A stretch of DNA of 64,000 nt, taken from a virus. Positions 37,167 through 48,227 of this stretch are shown here, piece by piece (positions within the stretch are counted from its first letter, which is position 1; each line of letters begins with the position of its first letter). Location: the IMG/VR virus record IMGVR_UViG_3300023174_000138, positions 1-64,000 of that record. The stretch is one strand, 5' to 3'. The notes beneath the pieces are model-generated. The model was not told the DNA's origin. It made no database searches and was given only the letters and a program-made list of their open reading frames with translations. Position numbers and translations under genes: made by a program.

Positions 37167-40100
37167 ATGCCTACACCAGGGGTAAGCATATTTACAACTG
37201 TAGTAAGTGGTAGCGATATATTTGCTGCAAAAAGCTATACTCTACCGAATACCCCCTTTTACTTTACACCAGTCTGGGCAAACCTGTATAATGTAGATGA
37301 ATCTGTTAATTTTAGTCAATATGAAATTGTATGGAATTTTGACGACGGTACTACGTTTGTTGGCCCGAGCGCCTGTTACTATTATAAATTTCCTGGTGTA
37401 TACAAACCGACTGCAACTTTTTTTGATAAGCAGGGAAATGCATATACGGTTACAGTTACTTACAAGCTTAGCGTTTATAATGTGTTCCCAGATACTGTGG
37501 TATTTGATGCTTTAGCACCAGCTGCGCTTGAAGGGGTGTACATGCTACCTGCAGGCAAAAAGAGTGAACCATTAAAAATTTTTAGATATAACAGCTGGCA
37601 ACATGATGCTTTTCTCTCACAAAACAATTATACAATAAATCTATATGCTTCTGGCTCAAAAAGCACATATTATTCTCCTACAGAATACTACAAAGGTAGA
37701 TATTCTCATTTAAGAAATTTTTTCGGGTTTATAGAAACTACAGCATCAACAAACAACACACTTATTACAAGAATTGTTGATAAAACAACAACAACATCAG
37801 TAAGTGTTTATGCTACACCAATTTTTGACGTGCTAAACAACATAACGTTTAATTTTGATACTTTATCAAGTACTGGGTCTGTGTTTGTCGGTACGTCAGG
37901 CTCGGTAACAACATCAAATAAATTTGTTAGTTTTATTGATCAAACACCGTCGCCAGCTGGCAAGAACACTTTGATATATTTGTTTGCTTCACAAGACTCA
38001 ACAGGTTTTCAAGATAAATATACTATTGAAAAGGGGTTTAAGTCGTATCTTGAGCCTACACCTTACAGTGTTAATAATACATCTTGGCAAGTACAGTATC
38101 TTAAATCAGTCTTTAACCCTGCACAATCTATTAGCATTACTAGTAACGGTATAACTGTAGAAGGGGATACAGATACAATTGGTCCTCTGTCTTCTGAACA
38201 AATTAATTCCTTTTCAATATATCCAATCAAATGGACAGATTCAAAAATTTCTTTTTGCTGTATATTTAAGGATTCAGATAACTTTACCACAAAAAATTAT
38301 CCACCAATAACCGGTTTTAGATATGACGGCAAGTTACCAACAGAATTAAATTCTATAAGCTTAAGTTTAGTTGAATACCAGCAACCTGAATATAGAACAG
38401 ATATTCTTCAAACACAAAACGTTGTAGAAGATAAAGCAGTAAGAATACAAGATGCAATTTTTGAGAAAAACCAAACAATACCCCAGTTTGAAAATAGCAG
38501 TTATTTTTGTGGTACTGTTAAAACCAATACTGCTGTACACGTAGCTGCCATAAGCGCTTGCGCCCTAGTTAAAGATGAACCTATTTTAAATCTAGGCATT
38601 ACATATGGCTACGCAGGTCAACCAGGTCTAGGTAATATCAAGAGATTTAAGAAAAATATTACAATGGATCATTGTAGCTCTGAAAATTTACAATTTGAAA
38701 TTCTTGCAACGGGTACTAACGCTATTACCACCTCAAACAATTCGAGTATAGGAATATCCGTATTGCCTATGGGTAATTACAAATTAGGTGAAAATAGAGT
38801 TTATATCACCGATGCAGATAATGATACAATAAAAGTATTTAATAATGACGGTTTGAGACTAGGAGCAATTGATTTGCGTAATGCATTAGTTTACAATGGA
38901 GAAAATAACTTACCTATTTCAGTAAATCTTCTTGGTAATTTAGACAGCGCATCACCTGCTAACATTGCAATAGACGGTGATGGTAATGCGTGGGTTTCAT
39001 TATACGACAGCGGCTCGTGTTTTAAATTTGACTATACAACTTTAACTATAACTGCTTGTGCTGTACCGCCATTAATTAACGTCGAATATGTGTATTCGGA
39101 CTATTACACGGTAAGTGGTTTTGCAGGAGAAAACAGCTTACTACCCGCTTGTATTGATACTGATACGCAGAATAATGTTATTGTTGGTTATAGCCATCCA
39201 ATTAGCGGTTTTGTTATTAAATACGATGCAAACGGAAATTTGTTAAAAATAGCCACTATTCCTGTTAATTTTTCTATTCAGGAGCTAATAGTTGACAGTG
39301 AAGATAATGTTTATGGTGTTGTCAAAACTCTTCTGCGTAACAAACCAAACCCACACTATGTAGAAGACTTTCTATTTAAATGGGATAGTAGTTTAAATTT
39401 AGTTAATAATTTCCCTGTATCAATAAAAAATATTGGAAGCGCTACTATAGACATGAACGAAAATATATATGTAAGCTCGCAAGCATCAAAATTTACTAGA
39501 GTAACGCCTACAGGGGAAGTTACAACGATAGATTTGCCTGCTTACCCGGTGACCTACCTTCAATACATAGGAGGCATTGCCTGTGACGAGGAAGGGTTCA
39601 TTTGGATAATTCATAATCAAACCGGTAAAATTTATTTTTATCCAATTAATGATTTACAGCAATTACCTTTATCAGGCATTTTTAGCGGTGACTTGCCTGA
39701 TATTCAACTTACTACGTCTCTAGGGAGTCAAGCTATATACTCTGTAGCAGGGGACTGGACGGGAGTTAGGTGGATAAACAAATACATCCGAGAAACTACT
39801 ACAACACCGCGGTATGTTTACGGAAAAAGTAATTTGTTTGCTATTTACGAAAATAAACCCGTAATCGCTAAAATAAATGAAGATTTTGATCAAGCTGCGA
39901 CACTTAAAAGTTATGCTTTGCAAGAATCGATGATTAATAAGCCTGTACTATTCGATGATTTTATAGGACAGATTGTAGGAGATTATAATAGCTTGCCAAC
40001 TGATCTCGGCAAAACTATTTACGAAAAAATCGCTAATTTTGTAGCAAATAATAGCGATGTTGATACATGCGAACTCGAGTCCTTAAGAAATCACTACGAA

Positions 40101-40679
40101 ATGGTAGGTAAAGATCTTGAACAGTTTGGGGTCAATTACCCGCCTAAATTACGCAGAATAATGAATCTTTTAAGTATAAAGCCGAGTAAGCTTCTCGGTT
40201 CACCAAATACATTTAATCAAAATTTTAGCAGGTTACCTTATAATCAAGATAAACAAAATCTAGGCGAGGAAATTTCTATCGATACCGGGACATTTATTGC
40301 AGGTGAACCTATAATTAGTTTTGAAAAGTTTAGTGAAAAATATAAGCTAATTTATAATACAATAATCCCATTAACAGATGGAACTTTTTGTTCTGCAGGC
40401 CAAGTATGTGCTCTAAGCGGTATTAATTATAATTGGGGCTGGGGACTTGTTACATCTGATAACAGTGTATCCGGGGCAAGCATTGGACAATTTTATAGAT
40501 TTTATAAATACATACCATACATGCCTTTAACACCAATTGACAGCGTAATAGACTTTAACAGTAGTCAAAACACCTACACCAATACGCAAAGTTCCTATGG
40601 ATCCTGGATTGAATACGGTGGCGGAATGGATGTGGCATTATCAAGAGCACTATATGAAGGGTTAAACTTATATGATTAA
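37167..40679 (+). CDS. Large baseplate/virion protein with PKD-like domain and NHL-type beta-propeller (gp7-position)
   Basis: WNFDDGT...YYYKFPG.Y (PKD); VYITDADNDTIKVF, P.NIAIDGDGNAWV (NHL); follows gp6. Confidence 0.7.
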   Translation: MPTPGVSIFTTVVSGSDIFAAKSYTLPNTPFYFTPVWANLYNVDESVNFSQYEIVWNFDDGTTFVGPSACYYYKFPGVYKPTATFFDKQGNAYTVTVTYKLSVYNVFPDTVVFDALAPAALEGVYMLPAGKKSEPLKIFRYNSWQHDAFLSQNNYTINLYASGSKSTYYSPTEYYKGRYSHLRNFFGFIETTASTNNTLITRIVDKTTTTSVSVYATPIFDVLNNITFNFDTLSSTGSVFVGTSGSVTTSNKFVSFIDQTPSPAGKNTLIYLFASQDSTGFQDKYTIEKGFKSYLEPTPYSVNNTSWQVQYLKSVFNPAQSISITSNGITVEGDTDTIGPLSSEQINSFSIYPIKWTDSKISFCCIFKDSDNFTTKNYPPITGFRYDGKLPTELNSISLSLVEYQQPEYRTDILQTQNVVEDKAVRIQDAIFEKNQTIPQFENSSYFCGTVKTNTAVHVAAISACALVKDEPILNLGITYGYAGQPGLGNIKRFKKNITMDHCSSENLQFEILATGTNAITTSNNSSIGISVLPMGNYKLGENRVYITDADNDTIKVFNNDGLRLGAIDLRNALVYNGENNLPISVNLLGNLDSASPANIAIDGDGNAWVSLYDSGSCFKFDYTTLTITACAVPPLINVEYVYSDYYTVSGFAGENSLLPACIDTDTQNNVIVGYSHPISGFVIKYDANGNLLKIATIPVNFSIQELIVDSEDNVYGVVKTLLRNKPNPHYVEDFLFKWDSSLNLVNNFPVSIKNIGSATIDMNENIYVSSQASKFTRVTPTGEVTTIDLPAYPVTYLQYIGGIACDEEGFIWIIHNQTGKIYFYPINDLQQLPLSGIFSGDLPDIQLTTSLGSQAIYSVAGDWTGVRWINKYIRETTTTPRYVYGKSNLFAIYENKPVIAKINEDFDQAATLKSYALQESMINKPVLFDDFIGQIVGDYNSLPTDLGKTIYEKIANFVANNSDVDTCELESLRNHYEMVGKDLEQFGVNYPPKLRRIMNLLSIKPSKLLGSPNTFNQNFSRLPYNQDKQNLGEEISIDTGTFIAGEPIISFEKFSEKYKLIYNTIIPLTDGTFCSAGQVCALSGINYNWGWGLVTSDNSVSGASIGQFYRFYKYIPYMPLTPIDSVIDFNSSQNTYTNTQSSYGSWIEYGGGMDVALSRALYEGLNLYD

Positions 40680-43600
40680 TTCTAGTATAGTGAATAACAA
40701 TTTTTTTGCTAGAGATTCAAACGAGCCTTTTACATTTTTACAGTGGCTTGTTCAAAGCACTAGTTCAAACTCCGATGTTAATATACAGTTTGCAAACTAT
40801 AAAAAATATATTTTAAGATGGACAGAAAAAAAGTCTTTGTCTAAAAAAGAATCAAGTAAAACGTTGCAGTCCGCATATGTACAGGTACTTAGAGAAATAA
40901 CCCTAACTTACAGTACGGAAGAAGAGAAGAGGTTTATAACGAATGCAGATTTGACCAACCCTAGCGATATAGAAGTTATTTTACCTTTTTTTATAAACAG
41001 ATTAAAACAAATATGCTTATACTATAGTATTGCACGTGAAAAACTAAAATACACTTCAATTGAGTATAGTCAGAGAGGCACTAGTGTTAGTATTGAAAAG
41101 GCGGTTAAAGATTTAATTTTTTCCACTGCGCGTTTAGATCTTTCATTTGATAATTTACCTACATTTTTCCCTCCAATATCCGCTATAGCGCAAGATCTTT
41201 CTATATACATTGAAGAAGTATATGATACAACATCTAACTATTTTAATCAAACCGCGCCTGAAAAAAACACGAACAAAACTGCATTACAAAACATTAGCTC
41301 TACAAATATAATATTTGACACTCTTTACATAGATTTTAAGCAAGCGATAATTGATGCTATAAATTATTATCCCTTTTATTTGGATAGTATCATGGGGTTG
41401 TTTTCGGTAAATATTGCTCTTTCTGGAACAGAATTAAACTATTTAAAAAATAGAGATTTTATCGATTATATTAATACTGGATTATCTCAAGATTTAAAAA
41501 TTAACCTACTCAAAAAACTAGCACCAAAATTTTTGGCTAATGATTTTTATTTTTTAAGCACAGGTAATTCCGTGGCTAATACAGTCTCGGGTGTATTGTT
41601 TTCTGTGACTCCGCTCTCCGGGGCCCCGACTCTTAATCTACTCAACAGAAATAGCCCTACTGTTGCTACGGTACCGAGTGTGGATAATCTCTATACAGCT
41701 TATGAAATAGGTAAGTTTTTCTTACCTCAACACCAAGGAATTCTTGTTTACGCAACACCACAAAAAAAATTCTACATTAATAAAGAAAAATTACAACCTA
41801 ATACTGTTTATACATTTCCGGATCCCGAAACTATTGGCAATGTTGTATACAACAACTCTACTGAAAAAGAAGCGATAACACCTTTAACCTATATTGTTGA
41901 TGTTACATGGAACAAAACAAGTCGAAGCAATCAATATAAATTTGGAGATGTCTTCGCTACGCCCTATAATTCTTTTTATTATGGTTACCAGAGCAGGGAG
42001 CAAGATCTTAACCAAAGCGCATCAGGTATCAGTAGAGTTCAAGATAACATAGATTTTTGGGATGGCCAAGAGAGCAATATATGGAAAAACGAAGACACAT
42101 GGCCGGGCATAGATATGCTTGATAGTTACCCATATGAAAAAAGACAAGATTCGCTCCTCATTAATACTGGTACTCCTGTATGCTGGAGTAGCGATATCTT
42201 TAATAACGATTTCTGTTTAATAAAAGAAATAGACAGTTTAAAACCGGCCAGTAAAGAATTGACTAGTGACGGTGTTATGCCAGGTCAAAGCACCATATTG
42301 TCTGAACAAACAAATTATCTTAACGAAAAATCAATTTACGAAAAACACACCGAACCCGGTGTATTATATTTTCGAGACAATATAAAGGGTATAATACAAT
42401 CAGGCTATGAAGCTTTAAGTTCAGTTATTTTAAGATATCATCCGTCAATTGTATCTGATATAAGAAGCAAGGTTTATTATTTTGCAATTTATGGTAACAC
42501 TTTTGTATTAGAAACTAGCGGTCACGTTATAGTTGATAGCTTTGAGTATAATTATGATAGACTTGCTATAGAATCTATTACACCACAAGGTCTTATTTTT
42601 AATAAATTTAACAATAGCTCAAAACTTCAAAAATTTGTCGGTGAGTGGTATTCGGAGAAAAACAATCTTCTTTATTTGTGTTTTTTGAGGATAAGGAACG
42701 AAAGCGCTAGTTCAAACTATAAAGTAGTATACCCGGTAATTCACGCAGCTACATTATCACCTCTTCAGAGCCGAATTATATACCCCAACAAAGAAACAGA
42801 TCTTGTACGTATATATTCTCTTAGCGGTACATCGCTTCAACCGCCACAAGTTAATTTAGTTAATATTGATGGTGCAAGTTTTGAGTTTTTAAATAAAACT
42901 AATATTTTTAACATTACTTATTTCAGTAAAAACTTAAACAGCATGCCATTTGTTGTTAATGAGCAAATTTTTAAGAATGAACCTTATTGTACGACATACA
43001 ATCCTCAGTTTTTTCAACCTTTTTATTTTATAGTTGATAATAACTACTATACACCTAGTCTTCCATACTTTGTTAAATACGTTGGAGCTTCTACCGGTTT
43101 GATAGGGTCACACTTAATAAATAGTGGCCGGTTTAATACTCTCGCATTTAATTTATCTAATATGAACTACGCATACTGTGACGGTATCAAGCCTTTACAG
43201 CTTAATTCACTAGCTAGCTACATAGTTCAGTTTGACTGGCAAACATATAGCGAAATAACCATGTTCATTGGCTGTTCTAGCTACATTGTAAGAAAAATAG
43301 ATGATTACTTGTTATGGAATGCATATACTTCAAAAGCAGGTTATCTTTTTAAAGATACTACTATATCATCATATCAAGAAAAAATTTCTTCTAATAGTTT
43401 AACTATTCCAATCACTTCGTACATAACACGTCTTACAGATGATGCGTCTTTAGTTAGATTTGATATTGTATCTAATCACCCTACCTTTAAAACCCCAGTT
43501 TGCGATAATCCAGACGATATATACCGTAGAATAACTATTACTAAGGCTGGCCCTGGTAAAGGCCAGGTATTATCTGATCCTTTTTGTATAGATTGCTCAG

Positions 43601-45240
43601 AAAAAGGCAATAAATGTTTTGAAGATTTTGGAATTAATACCACGGTTAGTTTTATTGCGAGCGCGGACTATTTTAGTTATTTTGAAAAATGGGAAGGCGG
43701 GGTGTGCAACGGTATTAATACAGATTGCATTTTTCCTGTGACTACAGCGGTCAATTTAACTGCATATTTTGGAAAAATACCAACAGTTGACTTATTGTTA
43801 ATAACACCAGCAGGTTCAGTTTTCTCGCAAGACGGTAGAATAAGAGTAACTGCTGGAAATGGCTCTACAGGTCCTGCAACAGCTAATATAGCCTACCCTA
43901 TTAATACTATTATTACACTCTCTGCAGTATATCCTATCTCAGGCTGGGCTATGTATGGCTATGATGGCGGAAGATGCAAAGGAGTGCAGGGATTAAGATG
44001 TACATTCGGAATTAACACTGATATGACAATTGAAGCTCGCTATGTCAGGTTTTACGAGTATCCTCTTAGAATAAATTTAACATCTTACATTGCAGCGCAG
44101 TCAGCAAAAGGCGATAGTGTCGCTATTGGTGTCGATAATGTAGATGACGGTGTTCGGTCAGGGAATGAGTTTTTCTATAATTATCTATGTAACAATGCTT
44201 CATGTACCTACATACTCACGGGGACAAACACCGAAAGGTATAAGAATCAAATTGCAACATTATGCGCAAGACCTTCACCTGGTAGAAAATTAAAATACTG
44301 GATTGGTGAATTAGAATGTAATCAATCTGAATTTACAAACGTGATACTTTCTGAAACTTCTGCAGACATTTTAAATACAGGCTACATATGTAAATTAGAG
44401 ATGAACACTTATAAAGAGACCACCGCAGTATTTGACAAAGGGTATTATACACTAACTGTGGTTACTACTGGTGACGGAATAGGCAGTGTGTTCAGTGAAT
44501 CTCCTGACCCTTATTTTAAGAGAGAAATCGAGGGTGATCAGCAACCGGAAGATGACGACGGGTCGTTTGATCCTGCATCCGTAACAAATAATATTGTAAA
44601 GTTTGCGGTATTAAGCGGTACAACCCTGACTGTGAAAGCATCAGCCTTTAGAGGTAATTCGTTTATATGGTTGTCTAGTTATAATTGCACGACTTTAAGT
44701 GATGCAATCACTTCGTGCCAAATGACATTAAATCAAGATAGAACTATCTTAATAAAGCTGTCTGCTTTTGCTTACTGGGATGTTGTTATTATTAATAAAG
44801 CGACTGGCGGTGTAAGAGTTTCAGCATTTCCCGCTGGTAGATACAACACACTTATTGCCTGTCCGAGCAGCCCAAGTGGTGGGTGTCGCGCAAGCTATAA
44901 ATCAGGCAGAATAGTAAGCCTTGTTGCAGAAAATTATCAGCCTGCTAATCCCACAGCGCCTGTCGGGTCGGTAATCCCTCTAACAGGTGTACAATATTTT
45001 CAAAGTAATAAATTGCTGGGCGGCGGTGGTCTAAAATATCAATACACTGCTGGTCCTGGAATTTACCTTTCGGTTATGGATCGACCAGAACCGGAGGGCG
45101 AGATTTTCTCGATTATTGACGGAAGTATAATCCTTACCTCAGGCGGTATACCTTATGTTGCCGGACCAGGTATAATAGTAGAAGCAAAAGCATTTCTACA
45201 AGTAACAGACACCGCCTACGTAACTGCTTGGCCGCTGTAA
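40672..45240 (+). CDS. Large virion protein with C-terminal Cys-containing InlB-B/bacterial-repeat-like domains
   Basis: 1522 aa; repeats of G.G.V.S..C....T.V.L.A....F..W.G..C....C.......TA.F. Confidence 0.7.
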   Translation: MINSSIVNNNFFARDSNEPFTFLQWLVQSTSSNSDVNIQFANYKKYILRWTEKKSLSKKESSKTLQSAYVQVLREITLTYSTEEEKRFITNADLTNPSDIEVILPFFINRLKQICLYYSIAREKLKYTSIEYSQRGTSVSIEKAVKDLIFSTARLDLSFDNLPTFFPPISAIAQDLSIYIEEVYDTTSNYFNQTAPEKNTNKTALQNISSTNIIFDTLYIDFKQAIIDAINYYPFYLDSIMGLFSVNIALSGTELNYLKNRDFIDYINTGLSQDLKINLLKKLAPKFLANDFYFLSTGNSVANTVSGVLFSVTPLSGAPTLNLLNRNSPTVATVPSVDNLYTAYEIGKFFLPQHQGILVYATPQKKFYINKEKLQPNTVYTFPDPETIGNVVYNNSTEKEAITPLTYIVDVTWNKTSRSNQYKFGDVFATPYNSFYYGYQSREQDLNQSASGISRVQDNIDFWDGQESNIWKNEDTWPGIDMLDSYPYEKRQDSLLINTGTPVCWSSDIFNNDFCLIKEIDSLKPASKELTSDGVMPGQSTILSEQTNYLNEKSIYEKHTEPGVLYFRDNIKGIIQSGYEALSSVILRYHPSIVSDIRSKVYYFAIYGNTFVLETSGHVIVDSFEYNYDRLAIESITPQGLIFNKFNNSSKLQKFVGEWYSEKNNLLYLCFLRIRNESASSNYKVVYPVIHAATLSPLQSRIIYPNKETDLVRIYSLSGTSLQPPQVNLVNIDGASFEFLNKTNIFNITYFSKNLNSMPFVVNEQIFKNEPYCTTYNPQFFQPFYFIVDNNYYTPSLPYFVKYVGASTGLIGSHLINSGRFNTLAFNLSNMNYAYCDGIKPLQLNSLASYIVQFDWQTYSEITMFIGCSSYIVRKIDDYLLWNAYTSKAGYLFKDTTISSYQEKISSNSLTIPITSYITRLTDDASLVRFDIVSNHPTFKTPVCDNPDDIYRRITITKAGPGKGQVLSDPFCIDCSEKGNKCFEDFGINTTVSFIASADYFSYFEKWEGGVCNGINTDCIFPVTTAVNLTAYFGKIPTVDLLLITPAGSVFSQDGRIRVTAGNGSTGPATANIAYPINTIITLSAVYPISGWAMYGYDGGRCKGVQGLRCTFGINTDMTIEARYVRFYEYPLRINLTSYIAAQSAKGDSVAIGVDNVDDGVRSGNEFFYNYLCNNASCTYILTGTNTERYKNQIATLCARPSPGRKLKYWIGELECNQSEFTNVILSETSADILNTGYICKLEMNTYKETTAVFDKGYYTLTVVTTGDGIGSVFSESPDPYFKREIEGDQQPEDDDGSFDPASVTNNIVKFAVLSGTTLTVKASAFRGNSFIWLSSYNCTTLSDAITSCQMTLNQDRTILIKLSAFAYWDVVIINKATGGVRVSAFPAGRYNTLIACPSSPSGGCRASYKSGRIVSLVAENYQPANPTAPVGSVIPLTGVQYFQSNKLLGGGGLKYQYTAGPGIYLSVMDRPEPEGEIFSIIDGSIILTSGGIPYVAGPGIIVEAKAFLQVTDTAYVTAWPL

Positions 45241-45248
45241 ATATACAT

Positions 45249-47216
45249 ATGAACCAGTTCGTTGATAATATCGCTATATACAATGATCAGCAACTAGATA
45301 CATGGTCTGACATAATAGTAAGTTTTGAGTACGAGAGAATATCATACAACAGCAATCCTACTGGTGGGTTTGCCTTGGTTTTTTTTGATAGTATTGTAGA
45401 TATACCTCGTAATGGCGGTAAAGGCTATAGTCTTGGTTATACCCCTAATGTATCAAAAGATTATTGTAAGCAAAGCGGGTATTCAGGATTACAAGCAGCA
45501 TTTTTAGCAGTAGGATTTGATAATAAAGGCTTATTTGCCGCGGACATCAACGGTGCAACAGGTTTGCCTTTATCTGCAATAAATTACAACCATACAATTA
45601 CTGTCAGAGGCGGGGTCGCTGAAGACTACGGGGTGTTAAAAACATTAAACTTAACAACTAGTACTCTATCTAGTTATTCCAACGCTTCAACCTTTACAGT
45701 TGATCAAAGTGCTTCTTCTGCTAATTTTCCTACAGCACATCGCTCAGTAAGAGTAATTTTAAAAAACCACGCAACCAAATTATTGGTACAGCTCAAAGAT
45801 AATGCAGAGAAAGATAATTTCGATACCGTGTTAACTCTAGATCTACCAGAAAAGAGTAGAGCATCATTAAAGGTAGCAATAACAAATACAGTTGACAACG
45901 ATTTGACACAGTTTAAAATAAGTAGTTTTAATACAGCAGGATTTCCCGGAACGGTAAATACCCAGAGACTTGCAGGCTGTTCTTACATTATACAACAACC
46001 TTTGTATGGCTCCACTGATAGTCAGCTTTGCGCAGGAAATGAATTTGTAACCACAACATTGCCCGGTCAAGTTGTAACATATACAACAGATACTGTAAAA
46101 TATAATTTAAAAAACATTATCTACACCGGTTCCGGGATACAGCTAACAGGTTCATCTGTAGATTATGTTGCGGGTATTTACCTAAATACCCCTGTTGTAG
46201 TCATCTACAAATATCTTGGAGAAAAACTTGCTAAAACTTTTTTACTTAATACTTTTGATAATGAGATACCTAAATGGGTAGATGTAGATGGTGTAAACGG
46301 TACTTTAGCAGTATTAACCAGGGCAGTGTCAGGAGCAATTTACATTTACAATTACATAACCAGTTCCACAACTCAATCAGATTTGGGCACATGGAAGCTC
46401 TACCAGACTATCTCTTTTGATCCGACAATTCACGGTTCATACGGGTTTTTAGATAAATTAAAAATTAAAGGTAAACATTTAATAGTAAGCGCAGGTCAAG
46501 AACATGTACATACTTTTCGTAAAAGTATTTTTAATACCTGGGAATACATACAAACATTAAGTGCAACTATCGCCCCGCAATTTACTAACGGTTTTGGTGA
46601 AGAGCTAGCATTAGATGGAAACGATCTCTTAATAGGGGCACCACAATCACAGAAAGTTCCTTATCCTGAGCCTGTACAAGGCGAGGTGTACCACTATATT
46701 TATTCAGAAGAAAAAAACATATGGCAACTAGCAATGGCTCTAGGAAGCTTTTACAAACTTAATACTGCTTTGGGAGCATTTGGATCATCGATTGCACTAT
46801 CTAACAATGTGTGTGTAATTGGTAGCCCAGGCGAGGAATACAGATACAATGAATCTGTAGCCGATATTAATATGGGTAGAGTGCATATTTTTAGAAAAAC
46901 AACTGGCGGGCTATTCTCACAGGGAACTGCTATTGCACCGGAAGGTATCTATAGAGAGCGTGGGGCTTTTTTTGGAACTAAAGTAGCTTTGTATGAAAAC
47001 TATGCTTTTATCTTATCGCCTTATACTTCCTCTATTTATAAATCTTACATCACAATACTAGATTTAAGCTGTAAGTTTCAAATACCTCCACCGCAGATTA
47101 GTGCACCGGCTTGCGCGTTAATTACGTTTGATAATAGAAATTATATTCTAGATACATTAACAGACTCGTACTTGCTGTCTTACACGTGTCAATTAGGAGG
47201 CGCAGCAGAATTTTAA
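45249..47216 (+). CDS. Virion protein with L-type lectin-like domain and FG-GAP propeller
   Basis: GGFALVFFD, LGY, LAVGFD..G (lectin-like); FGEELALDGNDLLIGAP, FGSSIALS...VIGSP (FG-GAP); start moved to ATG 45249, 5 nt after TAAATA. Confidence 0.75.
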   Translation: MNQFVDNIAIYNDQQLDTWSDIIVSFEYERISYNSNPTGGFALVFFDSIVDIPRNGGKGYSLGYTPNVSKDYCKQSGYSGLQAAFLAVGFDNKGLFAADINGATGLPLSAINYNHTITVRGGVAEDYGVLKTLNLTTSTLSSYSNASTFTVDQSASSANFPTAHRSVRVILKNHATKLLVQLKDNAEKDNFDTVLTLDLPEKSRASLKVAITNTVDNDLTQFKISSFNTAGFPGTVNTQRLAGCSYIIQQPLYGSTDSQLCAGNEFVTTTLPGQVVTYTTDTVKYNLKNIIYTGSGIQLTGSSVDYVAGIYLNTPVVVIYKYLGEKLAKTFLLNTFDNEIPKWVDVDGVNGTLAVLTRAVSGAIYIYNYITSSTTQSDLGTWKLYQTISFDPTIHGSYGFLDKLKIKGKHLIVSAGQEHVHTFRKSIFNTWEYIQTLSATIAPQFTNGFGEELALDGNDLLIGAPQSQKVPYPEPVQGEVYHYIYSEEKNIWQLAMALGSFYKLNTALGAFGSSIALSNNVCVIGSPGEEYRYNESVADINMGRVHIFRKTTGGLFSQGTAIAPEGIYRERGAFFGTKVALYENYAFILSPYTSSIYKSYITILDLSCKFQIPPPQISAPACALITFDNRNYILDTLTDSYLLSYTCQLGGAAEF

Positions 47217-48220
47217 TGAATACTAGTTTTTTAGTAACATCAGCAAGAATTACAGTCCCTACAAACGCTGTAGCGCTGTCAACATATGACTATTGCTCGT
47301 GGTTAGATCATCACATTTTTAAAGACACGAGCTTAACACCTACAGGGTACAATTTTACATATCCGTTAACAGCGTATGGTGGTTATTTTTTCCCTAGAAC
47401 AATTACATTTACATCCGAAATAAGTGGCGGGCCTTTTTATGATATTTGTTACCAAGATTTTTGTTATGAAAGTTATTCCTTATCTCCAATTAACATATAC
47501 TGTGTGTCTAATGTTACCTTTATCTTGAGTACATTAGATGAATCTACTGGAAAAATTGTTAAGATAGTCTATGATTTTGGCGATAACTCTGATCTTTTAA
47601 TTAAAAATTATGATTATCTAGACCTAAGTAGCTTGCCAATAAAGTTACAACCAGTTACACATACATACTACCCGACAGATTCTTTTGTATCTGCATATAC
47701 TCCACGTATATCGACAGTTAATGAAGATGGTTGTATTTCAACAATAACGCTTACACTCTGCAGCTTTAAGTGTGGTATAATTGATCTATACGAAAACATG
47801 ACATTATTAGATGCAGCTCAGTCAAAAACTGTCCGGTCTATAGTCTTGACTTTAGAAGATAAAAAACAGCGACAAGTGTATACGAATATGCTAGATCTTG
47901 ATGCACCGCTACCGCAGCTGTCGAGCATTACTAATGCCTCTATTGCTCAAGCTCTGGAGCAAGCCACAACAATAGTAAGAGCTTCTACGGCTAGACTACA
48001 GTTCCTTAATCCTATTAAAGCTGATATCTTTAATTATGAATATACTGAAGGACCTGGTATTAACATGACCCCGGATACACTGGTATTACCACCTGGTAGC
48101 TTTATCTCATCGTCTTCTGCATATGGTATGACCGTTATCGATGGTAGCGGTGCACCATATATTGTTGGAGACGGTCTAATAGTAACCCCTGGGTTTCTTA
48201 GAACCCCATTACCGGAGTAA
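47216..48220 (+). CDS. Virion protein with PKD-like domain
   Basis: YDFGD...HTY; C-terminal Y.EGPGI module; start moved to the ATG overlapping the upstream TAA. Confidence 0.7.
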   Translation: MNTSFLVTSARITVPTNAVALSTYDYCSWLDHHIFKDTSLTPTGYNFTYPLTAYGGYFFPRTITFTSEISGGPFYDICYQDFCYESYSLSPINIYCVSNVTFILSTLDESTGKIVKIVYDFGDNSDLLIKNYDYLDLSSLPIKLQPVTHTYYPTDSFVSAYTPRISTVNEDGCISTITLTLCSFKCGIIDLYENMTLLDAAQSKTVRSIVLTLEDKKQRQVYTNMLDLDAPLPQLSSITNASIAQALEQATTIVRASTARLQFLNPIKADIFNYEYTEGPGINMTPDTLVLPPGSFISSSSAYGMTVIDGSGAPYIVGDGLIVTPGFLRTPLPE

Positions 48221-48227
48221 ATAATTT